From Bacteroidota bacterium (GTDB taxonomy: Bacteria > Bacteroidota > Bacteroidia > UKL13-3): a stretch of 64,000 bases of DNA. Under the pieces are notes generated by a model. The model had not been told where the DNA came from and made no database searches. It saw only the letters and a list, made by a program, of their open reading frames with translations. The DNA is taken from assembly GCA_027482225.1 (NCBI GenBank), contig JAIXWD010000016.1:142050-206049 (forward strand), read 5' to 3'. The position numbers and the translations under genes are program-made. Shown piece by piece: positions 1 to 10,000 of this stretch; position 1 is the first letter of the stretch; every line of letters starts with the position of its first letter.

Positions 1-1560
1 AAAAATATGCGTATTACTTCACAAAAATTAATGTGTATACAAGAGCGCAAAGTGGTTACTTACGATGCCCAATTTACCCCCACATTTTTTGGTATTGCTG
101 GTGCACTTGATGGTGTTATAAATGCTGCTGGAAATTACAGTTTAGCTATTGTAGAGCAAGGCTTAGTATTGTTTGAACCTAATGGCAATAGATATTTAGC
201 TCCTGCTGGAGCGTGGGGTAATACGGCATCTAAATTTTCATATTCATCTTTACGTAAGCAACTTTTTGTAGCAGGAGGGATGGTTGATGGAATTGGTGCT
301 GCAACAGGATTAAAAAGCACTGGAAATAATAATAAGTATTATGTTTTTGATGGCAACATGTGGTATAACTCTGCTGTAATTAATAATGTACTGGTTAATA
401 AATGCCGCGATTTTTTAGATGTTACTTGTGATGATAAAACAGGAAAAGCTTACCTGACAAGTTTTGGTTTTGGATTGTTGGAAGTTAATAATTTAACTCC
501 AACTGTTTTGTATGATACCAGTAACAGTGCCATTGGTTTTTTTGTAACCGAGTTTGCAACTTTTAGGCCTGTTTATGCTGCAGGAACTACTATTGATAAT
601 TTAGGAAATGTATGGGTTACAAGTTATGGTGCCGCAAAACCACTTGCTGTAAAAACACCATCAAACCAATGGTATTCTTTTGCTTTTAACGGTGGTAATG
701 CCAATGTTAGTTATCTGGTTTGCGATAATAATTTCCCTCGTAATAATAAATGGATTATTAATAACCGTGGCGGAGGATTATACGTATACAATGAGGGTGC
801 AAATATTGCCACTGATGCTGATGATAGGTTTAAAATATTGGGTAAAGAAAAAGGCAATGGATTATTGCCAAGTAACAACGTATTGAGCATGGCTTTAGAT
901 AAAAATGGTGAAATGTGGGTTGGAACCGATAATGGTTTATGCATTATCAGTGATCCAACTGCTGTGTTTAGTAATTCATCAAGTCGTAGTTTTGATGCCC
1001 GACAATTGGTAATTAGTACAGGTAGTTTTAATAGCATAATTTTAGGTACAGATGCCATATTATGTATTAAGGTTGATGGCGCAAATCGTAAGTGGATTGG
1101 TACACGAAATGGTGTTTGGTTGTTGAGTGAAGATGGTTATACTGTTATTCGTAATTTTACTACCGATAATAGTCCATTGTTATCTAATGTAGTTTTTGAT
1201 ATTGGTATTTTTGAAGAGACAGGAGAAGTGTTTTTTGCAACAGAAAAAGGAATTATCAGTTACGCGGGTGATGCCACCCAAGCTGATGCAACGCATGGTA
1301 AAGTAGTGTTATATCCAAATCCAGTAAGGCCTGATTATAATGGAGAAATAGCTATTCGTGGCCTTGCCGAAAATACCAATGTGAAGATAACCGATATAGC
1401 AGGTAACTTGGTTTACGAAACCAAAGCAAATGGTGGTATGGCCACATGGAATGGCAGAAACTTTGCAGGAAAACGCGCTGCTACAGGCGTGTACTTAATA
1501 TACAGTAGCAACGAAGATGCCACAGAAACTTACGTTACTAAGTTGTTGTTTGTAAACTAA
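1..1560 (+). CDS. 5'-truncated secreted protein with two-component-regulator-propeller-like beta-propeller repeats and a T9SS type-A C-terminal sorting domain
   Basis: The reading frame is open to the window edge. It contains repeated W(V/I)GT.NG(L/V) propeller-type motifs. The C-terminus (VLYPNP...GVYLIYSS...KLLFVN) fits the Por secretion tail pattern. Confidence 0.6.
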   Translation, partial: KNMRITSQKLMCIQERKVVTYDAQFTPTFFGIAGALDGVINAAGNYSLAIVEQGLVLFEPNGNRYLAPAGAWGNTASKFSYSSLRKQLFVAGGMVDGIGAATGLKSTGNNNKYYVFDGNMWYNSAVINNVLVNKCRDFLDVTCDDKTGKAYLTSFGFGLLEVNNLTPTVLYDTSNSAIGFFVTEFATFRPVYAAGTTIDNLGNVWVTSYGAAKPLAVKTPSNQWYSFAFNGGNANVSYLVCDNNFPRNNKWIINNRGGGLYVYNEGANIATDADDRFKILGKEKGNGLLPSNNVLSMALDKNGEMWVGTDNGLCIISDPTAVFSNSSSRSFDARQLVISTGSFNSIILGTDAILCIKVDGANRKWIGTRNGVWLLSEDGYTVIRNFTTDNSPLLSNVVFDIGIFEETGEVFFATEKGIISYAGDATQADATHGKVVLYPNPVRPDYNGEIAIRGLAENTNVKITDIAGNLVYETKANGGMATWNGRNFAGKRAATGVYLIYSSNEDATETYVTKLLFVN

Positions 1561-1596
1561 TCTTTCCATCACATAAAAAACGTTTATTGTTGTAGC

Positions 1597-2328
1597 ATGC
1601 TAACCAAATGCAGGGCCATTGTTATAAAGTGTATTGATTACAGCGAAACAAGTGTAATACTTAAATGCTTTACAAACGTATTTGGTATGCAATCTTATTT
1701 GATAAATGGTGTAAGAAAAAATAAAGGTACCATACGTCAATCACAATTGCAGCCTTTAACCATACTTGAGCTTGAGGCATACCACCAACAAAATAAAAAC
1801 CTACAACGCATTAAAGAATTAAAATGCACTCCTCAACTAAGCAGCCTACATTTTAATATGCATAAAAGTGCCATTGGTATGTTTATGGCCGAAGTGATTT
1901 ACCGCAGCATCAAAGAAGAAAACCAACCAGACGCTAACTTATTTGAATACTTAAACAGCACCATTCAAATTTTAGATATGGAACAAGAGCGAACGGCTAA
2001 CTTTCCACTCTTTTTTCTCATAAATTTATCTCGTTTCTTAGGTTTTTATCCTAAATTAAACAACAGTGGAACCACCACAATGGGATTTAATTTTAGAGAT
2101 GGAGTATTTGAACCTTTCGATGATAAAAATCCATTTCAAATTGATTTAGTGAGTAGCCAACTACTTATTGAATTGATGAATTGTAATTATGATGAACAAA
2201 AAATAATGCAAATTCACGGCCTTCACCGTAAACAATTAATACAAGCTTTAGTTATATACTACAATCAGCATTTAAGCGGATTTAGTAACATGCGTAGCCA
2301 TGAAATTTTGGCAGAGGTATTGGAGTAG
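1597..2328 (+). CDS. recO: DNA repair protein RecO
   Basis: 243 aa of typical RecO length. The N-terminal OB-fold segment (KCRAIVIKCIDYSETSVILKCFT) and overall architecture match the RecO family. Confidence 0.75.
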   Translation: MLTKCRAIVIKCIDYSETSVILKCFTNVFGMQSYLINGVRKNKGTIRQSQLQPLTILELEAYHQQNKNLQRIKELKCTPQLSSLHFNMHKSAIGMFMAEVIYRSIKEENQPDANLFEYLNSTIQILDMEQERTANFPLFFLINLSRFLGFYPKLNNSGTTTMGFNFRDGVFEPFDDKNPFQIDLVSSQLLIELMNCNYDEQKIMQIHGLHRKQLIQALVIYYNQHLSGFSNMRSHEILAEVLE

Positions 2329-2339
2329 TTTTATATTTA

Positions 2340-2933
2340 TCAAAGTTTGTATTTGTGAATACCTGTCCAATCTAAATTATTAATTGTAAAATTGTTATTG
2401 GTAAAAAATGTGTTTGGGTTAATTCCTGTATAAGCATGTATCTTCATTAAAGACTTCGCGCTTACAATTAGTTTACCATCTTTTATTTTAGGCTTGGTAT
2501 TGGTAATATTTTTAATAAGCATGCTATAATACCTATACTCTTCTATTGATTTTTTTCTATCAATTTTAAATATATCATTAGAATTATATAATTGGTTGCT
2601 AAGTATTAATTTAAATGGAACCAATTCTTCATGTCTTATGCTTTTTTTTATAAGCTGTTGTATATCTATGGTAAATAGCGGACTTAAAACTAAATCAAAC
2701 GAATTTATATTTAATGTTTGATTCCATTTTAATGTGTTTATTTTTTTGATTGTATCATCATCAAAAATGAATAAACCATTTATCCCTTCCATTTTCCCAG
2801 TTTTTTCTATTAACCTGGCCAGTTGGTTAAATTGTTCTGCATTATATTTAAACAATTGTATGTGTCTTTCTGAGTTTTCGTCAAAGCCTACATACGTTGT
2901 TAATGTTGGTTGCTCCGCAATTTGTGTTACCAT
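2340..2933 (-). CDS. Hypothetical cytoplasmic protein in an AT-rich gene with no recognisable domain
   Basis: Clean 197-aa ORF with no signal peptide. GC is much lower than neighbouring core genes (roughly 27% by eye). It is convergent with recO. Confidence 0.5.
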   Translation of the reverse strand: MVTQIAEQPTLTTYVGFDENSERHIQLFKYNAEQFNQLARLIEKTGKMEGINGLFIFDDDTIKKINTLKWNQTLNINSFDLVLSPLFTIDIQQLIKKSIRHEELVPFKLILSNQLYNSNDIFKIDRKKSIEEYRYYSMLIKNITNTKPKIKDGKLIVSAKSLMKIHAYTGINPNTFFTNNNFTINNLDWTGIHKYKL

Positions 2934-3045
2934 TAGTCGAAACTATCATGGTATTATGCAGTAAATTGTAGATTTTATTCTGTTAAAAAGATTATTAGTT
3001 CATCATATTGTTCAATTATTTTACCTATTTTATCCATATTATCGA

Positions 3046-3069
3046 TTTTGTAGTATTAAATCTACAAAA
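3046..3069. promoter_or_regulatory. 8-bp perfect inverted repeat (TTTTGTAG-n8-CTACAAAA) in the divergent intergenic region
   Basis: Read directly from the sequence. It lies between the divergently oriented 197-aa gene and the LuxR-type regulator gene. Confidence 0.35.
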
Positions 3070-3107
3070 AGTTCGATTAAATTCTTATTGATGCATCACC
3101 TTTTATA

Positions 3108-3136
3108 TTGATATTTGATTTCCATTAAAATATCAA
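3108..3136. promoter_or_regulatory. 9-bp perfect inverted repeat (TTGATATTT-n11-AAATATCAA), a candidate operator
   Basis: Perfect palindromic half-sites ending 21 bp upstream of the ATG of the LuxR-type regulator gene. Its size is typical of a dimeric HTH regulator site. Confidence 0.4.
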
Positions 3137-3156
3137 ACCATTTATATCATTAAACT

Positions 3157-3864
3157 ATGTTAAGATTTCTTTATTTAGACGAACATGAATTGTGTCGTAT
3201 TGGTTTCAAAACCATTTTATCCGAAATTTCACCTTCATATATTTTAGATGATGCAGCTAACGCTGAGGAATTACTTAGCCTCTTTAAATTGCATTCACAC
3301 AGCATTGTTATAATTGAAATTAACCTCACTAATACCAATGTATACGAATTAGTTCTACAGATTCTAGAATTAAATGACAATTGTAAAATATTAATCTTGT
3401 CTTCTTTAAGTGAAAAACTATATGCCATTAATTACATTAAAATTGGCGTTAAAGGATTTGTAGCCAAATACGAATCGGCTAAAACTATTAAAGAAGCAAT
3501 TAATGCTATGGTTAATAATAAACGCTTTTTTAGTGATACTGTTATTGATATGCTTTTAAATTTATCTTACAATACACCACGCTCTAATTTGGCTGATAAA
3601 CCTCATGTTAATGGAAGTAATAGGGTAATAGTTCAGCCCAAACTTAGTTTAAAAGAAAGTGAAATATTAAGGATGATTTTACAAGGTATGGGTACCAAAG
3701 AAATTGCTAATGCAAATAGCATAAGATTAAATACCGTTAGCACATACAAATCGAGAATTTTTGAAAAATTTAACGTGAAAAATCTTGTTGAATTAATGCA
3801 AATTGTGAAACAAAATAACATGTATGATGCCTCAGGAATTGAACAGCATTATACACAATATTAG
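3157..3864 (+). CDS. Atypical LuxR/NarL-family response regulator with a Glu at the phospho-acceptor position
   Basis: The C-terminal LuxR-type HTH (ESEILRMILQGMGTKEIANANSIRLNTVSTYKSRIFEKF) is clear. The N-terminal receiver-like domain aligns to NarL with conserved Ser/Thr (ILSSLSE) and Lys (GFVAKYE). The acceptor Asp is replaced by Glu (IVIIEINL) and the acidic pair DD is DE. Confidence 0.75.
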   Translation: MLRFLYLDEHELCRIGFKTILSEISPSYILDDAANAEELLSLFKLHSHSIVIIEINLTNTNVYELVLQILELNDNCKILILSSLSEKLYAINYIKIGVKGFVAKYESAKTIKEAINAMVNNKRFFSDTVIDMLLNLSYNTPRSNLADKPHVNGSNRVIVQPKLSLKESEILRMILQGMGTKEIANANSIRLNTVSTYKSRIFEKFNVKNLVELMQIVKQNNMYDASGIEQHYTQY

Positions 3865-4036
3865 TGGTTTTTTATTATTACCTTTTGATGCTATAGTGTA
3901 ATTTTTTTTAAATAAATTATTACATTTTTTTTCAAAAAGTAGAATTAATACTACGTTTTTTCTGCTATTACTCTACAAATGGTAAAAGACTAGCATACGA
4001 ATTTCGCATCGAATTTAAAATCAATCGATACGATCT

Positions 4037-7000
4037 ATGTTTAAAGTTACATCAATTAGGGTAATAACACTACTGTTATTAGTTTTTATTCATTTTTCTG
4101 GTCATTCTCAAAATACTTTAGATGGTGTTGGTTTAACCGCAGCAACACCTTCTACAGTTTCATTTAGTTTACGTAAATTAAGTTCTTCATACTCGGGCCC
4201 AGCAATCCAAGTTAGGCGCAGTTCCGATAACGCCACACAAAATATTGGCTTTGATGTGAATGGTAACCTAGATACTGCTGCTCTTATTTCATGGGTGAGC
4301 AGTGGGTCTGGTTTTGTTTCTATTTGGTATGACCAAAGTGGTAATGGATTAAATGCTACACAAGCTACAGCGGCTAACCAACCAGCAATTGTCATTTCAG
4401 GTAATATTAATAGATATAATGGAAGAGTTGCCATAAGTTTTGATGTTATTAGCCAGCACTTTGCTATTTCTTCATTACCCAACACTTTGGTATGGACTAA
4501 CGGTGTATCATCCAATGCAGTTGTTGCATTTAATAATAATGCAAATTGGGCAAGAGTATACGATTTTGGAAATGGAGCAGGAAATAATAACATTCTACTT
4601 ACTCGCAATAGTACTAGTAATACAATAACATTTAGTTTATATGATGGAGGTAATACAACTGCACAACCTTCCGTAACCAATGCTATATCAACAGGCATCA
4701 ATAATATTTATACTACCATTCAGTCGGCTGCTACTTACCCTGGTTCAGCGGCAACCAATATACGCGTAAATGGATCGGCACAAACAACTGCTCCAGCAAC
4801 ATCTAATATCACCCAGCAGGTTACACGTACAAGTAATTTTATTGGCAGGAGCAATTGGAGTGGTGATGCCTATTTTAATGGCAGTATGCAAGAGTTGTTG
4901 TTTTTTAATGTTGCTTTAACAACAACTCAGGCTCAAACACTTGAAAATAGTCAAAGTAGTTACTATTCAATAAATCAACCAACTATCACAAGTACCGCAA
5001 CAGGTGGTAATTGGACAAGTCCTTCAACTTGGGTTGGAGGTGTTGTGCCAAGCAGCACTAATAACGTGGTAATTGCAACTACAGGAGCAAATGCTGTTAC
5101 ATTAAATACGACTGCTACTGTAAATAACTTGGTAATTAATAGTAACTCTAGATTAAATACCGGAGTAAATTCAATAAGTGTATCAGGAGCATTAACATGT
5201 AATGGGATAATATTAACAGCTAGTAGTCAAGGTGTAATTGGAACATTTCCCGGGTTACCATTAAATCGAATTATTTTAAATACGGGTTCTACTGTAGATT
5301 ACATCGGAACAACTTCACAAAATATTTCACCATTAACTTATGGTAATTTAACAGTAAGCAATACTTCTGCACCTAGCACTTTAACAGGTACAACAAGTGT
5401 AGCAGGAAATTTAACCATAAATACCTCTGCTATTTTAGATAAAAGTACTTTTGGTTTAACAGTTAGTAATACTATTTTTAATAACGGAACTTTTAGAACA
5501 AGTGGTGGACGACTTTCAACAGCTGGTGGTACTGCTTATAATTTAGCTTTTGCTACTGGTGCAAATACCTTAGATACTTTAATCGTGAATAGGTCAGCAC
5601 CCATTACATTAACTTCGCCATTAACTATAAATAACTTATTAACGTTAACCAGTGGTATACTAACGGTACCTGCTGGTAATTTAACCCTTTCAACTAATGC
5701 AATTGCAACAGGTGGTTCTAACACTGCATTTATAAACGGACAAGTAATTGTTAATACAAATACCACAAACAGCAGAAACATACCTTTAGGCAAAAACAAT
5801 TTACTTGGTTCAATATCTCTAATGCCTGAATCATCTGCGGCATCAACCTATACTTTAGAGTATTTTAATGGGGCTGGTGTTACTCCTAATTCAGGAAACT
5901 TAGGGGCAGGTTTAGCAGGTGTTGCTACCAATCAATTTTGGAGTATAACTAAAATTGGTACTAATGCTTCATTTACCTTCAATTACAATAGTTCACCGGG
6001 AGGTACCAATGCTCAACAAATTACATTAGTTAAGCGTACAGGAGGTCAGTGGGTTATACAACCAACCTATAGTAGTAGCATGGCTAACGCTTCTAGTGGG
6101 CAAGCCACATCTGTAAATGCCATTACTGGTAGTTATGGTGATTTTGGTTTAGGATTTATTAATGGAGCAGCTGAAAATGGTTTAGATAGTATAGGTTTAA
6201 CAGCCGCTACACCTGCTGCTGCAGCTTATGCCATGCGCAAATTAAGAAGTGCATACAATGGAGCTGCCTTACGTATTAGAAGAAGCAATGATAATTTAGA
6301 AACCAACATTGGTTTTGATGCAAATGGTCATTTAGATACAACTGCAATTAAAACTTTTACGGGTGTAAATGATGCTTATGTTACCACATGGTACGACCAA
6401 AGTGGTAATAACCGTAATTTTATACAAAACACCCTTGCCAACCAACCTCGAATTGTGTTAGCAGGTGTAATAGATCGTAAAAACGGACAGCCCGCCATTA
6501 GGCATTTGGCAGCAAATACCCATAACCTTAATGTTAATACAGGTGGTTTTGTAACCAATAATAACCCCTGGAGCGTAAGCACTGTATCTGGTTTAGATGG
6601 TGGTGCAAACCAAAGGGTGCTAAGTGGTAACACCAATTGGTTTTTAGGATTTCATGGTGGAGGTGAGAGAAGAGCCTTTTTTGCTAATGTATGGATGCGA
6701 TACAATGGGGTAGATAATTATAACAACGCCACAGCAACTACAAACAACCAAATATACACTGCCGTATCTAATGGAAGCAGCGCAAGTGTATTTAACAATG
6801 GTATGCAATTAGCGGGCACTGTGCCTTCAGGAAATACCTCAATTGGAACATTGTCTACAGGTGGTGGTTTTGGTGAATTCTCAAACTGTGTGGTTCAAGA
6901 AGTAATCATCTTTTCATCAGCTTTATCTTCAGCAAATAGAGCAAGTATAGAGCGAAGCCAAGGACTATATTATGCCATTGGTAATTTTGCCATAAGCACG

Positions 7001-10000
7001 CCTGCAGGTGGTAATTGGAGTAACCCAGCAACTTGGGAAAATGGGGTAGTGCCCACAACATCATCAGATGTGGTGATAAACGCAACAGCAGGTGCTGTGG
7101 TTTTAGATATAAATACCAGTATACGATCAATTAATAACGCACATTTGGCCACCCTAAATTTAGGAGCCGCCAATAACATTACAACGTCTTTAGATGTGAT
7201 TAACCAAGGCACATTAATTACTGCACATCCAAACGGATTAATAGGTAGTAGTGCATCTTTAAATATTGGTGGTACCATTTTAAATACGGCATACAATACC
7301 AGTCGTGTGGTATACAATGGAGCTAATCAATTGGTTAATCCGATATCTTATCGAAATTTAAGTTTATTAAATACGAGCAGTACAAAAACATTGCTTATAG
7401 GTTCGGTAACAACAGTTAGCGACACACTTTTTATAGATAATGGTGTTACGTTTAATAAATCAGCGAATGATTTAAACCTAGCTTGTTTAACTGGCACGGG
7501 TTTATTGTCATCTACAGGTGGTTTACTGCGTTTTAATACTTTTAATATTGCCAATATTGGAACATTACGCATGGCACCTGCTCCCAATAATTCTGTTGCA
7601 TTATTTATTTTATCTAATTTTTTCGCTAATGCATCTTTAACATTGGGTACACCATTGCAAGTAACAACAGATGCTACCTTAGATGCTGGAATTTTAAATA
7701 CCGATTCTGTAAACATATTAAGTCTAATAAATGCAAGTACTATAATGAGTAGGTGGAGCCCCGCTACATTTGTTAATGGCCCTGTTCAATTAATAAGTTC
7801 TTCTATTACCACAAGACAAATTGCAGTTGGTAAAAATGGTACGGGAAATCGAATTTTTATTACACCGCAATCTACTGCTACTACTGTATATAATATTGAG
7901 TATTTTAAAGGAAATGGCAGCGTACCTAACACGTCAAGTTTTGATAGTATTGGTTTGTTTAAAGTATATGATAACCAGTATTGGCGCATCAACAGAACAT
8001 CGGGTGTGGCTAATATTAGGGCTGAATTCGCTTTGAATACAGCTATTAACGGTGGCGTTGCCACAGAAACAGTAACTTTAGCCAATTTTGTGGGTGGTCA
8101 GTGGGTTTCTGTTCCAATTGATAGATTTTTATCGGCTACTGCAGCATTACCTACAGCTATTGCCACCCCTGTGGCAATTAGTAATACGGGGTTATTTGCA
8201 TTTGCCAGCGAAAAAGCAATTGCAACAGCACAAAGTGGCGCATGGAATAACCCCAACACATGGGCTGGTGGATTGGTACCCTCTGTATTTCAATCAACTT
8301 TTATTTCGCCTGGCCATACAGTTGCTGTTTCATCTGCGGCTGAAGCATTAAGTATTACGGTTGCTGCTGGCGCTACATTAGATTTAACTACCAACCAAAT
8401 TACTGGAACCTCGAGTGGTATAATAAATAATGGCACAATATTAACTTCACGCAATGCAGGTTTAATAGGAAGTGGCGCATCTTTACCTGCATGCAATACA
8501 ACTAATACCATTTTAAATGCTGGCAGTAGGGTTATTTATAACGGTGGAGGAGCACAAACAATAAGTGCTCTTACCTACAGGAAATTAACCATAAACAATT
8601 CAGCTTCTACTAAAACATTAGCCGGTAACACGGTTGTTTCCGATTCTTTAACTATTAGTACATTATGTACACTAAATAAAGGGGGATTTAATTTAAATTT
8701 AAACAATGGTATTTTTGGTAGCGGATTTTTACAATCAACAGGTGGTGCTTTTACACTTAGTGGTAATGCATTAAGAAACACCATACAGCTAAATAATTTT
8801 GCCAATACTACAATAAATATTAACTCAACGGCATCTGTTACTGATGTTAGTGCAATTACCCACAGTGGTTTAACTTTAAACATGCAAGCAACTGGTGCAA
8901 CCGACACTGTAAATTTAGTTACACCGCTTTCTGTTGCAAATATTTCGTTGTCTTCAGGATTCATTAAAACAGATTCCATTAATATTTTAACATTAACCGG
9001 AAACGGTACTTATGGTTCAAATGCTTCATACATTAATGGACCTGTGCAGTTTAATACCAGTTCAACCAACAACGTAATACTTGGTTTGGGTAAACAGGGC
9101 ACTTCAAGTAATGTAATAATTACCCCAACTACATCAGTTGCTACCGTTTGGCGAGCAGAGTACTATAGAAGTACACCAACTGCCGCACCTTTAGCTTCTA
9201 ATTTGTTGGGTTTAGGTAATAATCATTATTGGACACTAAGCAGAAACAACACCAACAACGCCATAGTTTCTGTTGGTATTAATCAAGCTGCTGGTGGCAC
9301 ATCTGCCAATACTTTAAAGATGGCTATGTTTACCAACAATACGTGGGGTAATGTACCCATAACAGAAAATACAATATTGGCTAATACCAATATAGCTACA
9401 ATAACATCAGCATCAAGTGTGGTTTTAAATAGCAGTGCTGGTGAAATAGATTATTTCGCATTAGGATTTGGCTCATTGCCTGGTGCACTTCACACTATTG
9501 CAAATGGTAATTGGACTAATCCTGCAATATGGAGCACCAATATTGTTCCATCTACAGGCGATAGCGTAACCATACGCACAGGTTTTACTGTAAATTTAGA
9601 TACAACTATTTTACCAGGTACAGGTCCAAGCACAGTATTAATTCAAACAAATGCTAAACTTAATATCAATTCGGGAGTTATATATTACAACTCTGGAGCT
9701 AATAATAATTTAGTACAAAGCTTAATAACTACAGGTGCTAATCCTTCTGTTGTGTTGGGTTTAAGAAGGCTTTCATCAACATACAATGGTCCTGCAATAC
9801 AGGTAAGAAGGGGTAGTGATAATGTCCTACAAGATGTATTTTTTACATCAGCTGGTAATTTAAATACCAGCACCTTATTGAATTTTGCAGCGGGTTCAAG
9901 TTTGTTTGTGGTAAGGTGGTACGATCAATCTGGTAATGGAAGAGATTTTGTACAAAATACGCCAGGTAACCAACCACGAATTGTAAACAATGGGGTATTA

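Noticed and set aside
3865-4036. Search for a Bacteroidota -7 (TAnnTTTG) or -33 promoter upstream of the giant gene
   Set aside because: Only near-matches were found (TACCTTTTG, TACGTTTTTT), with none exact. No promoter call can be supported from sequence alone.
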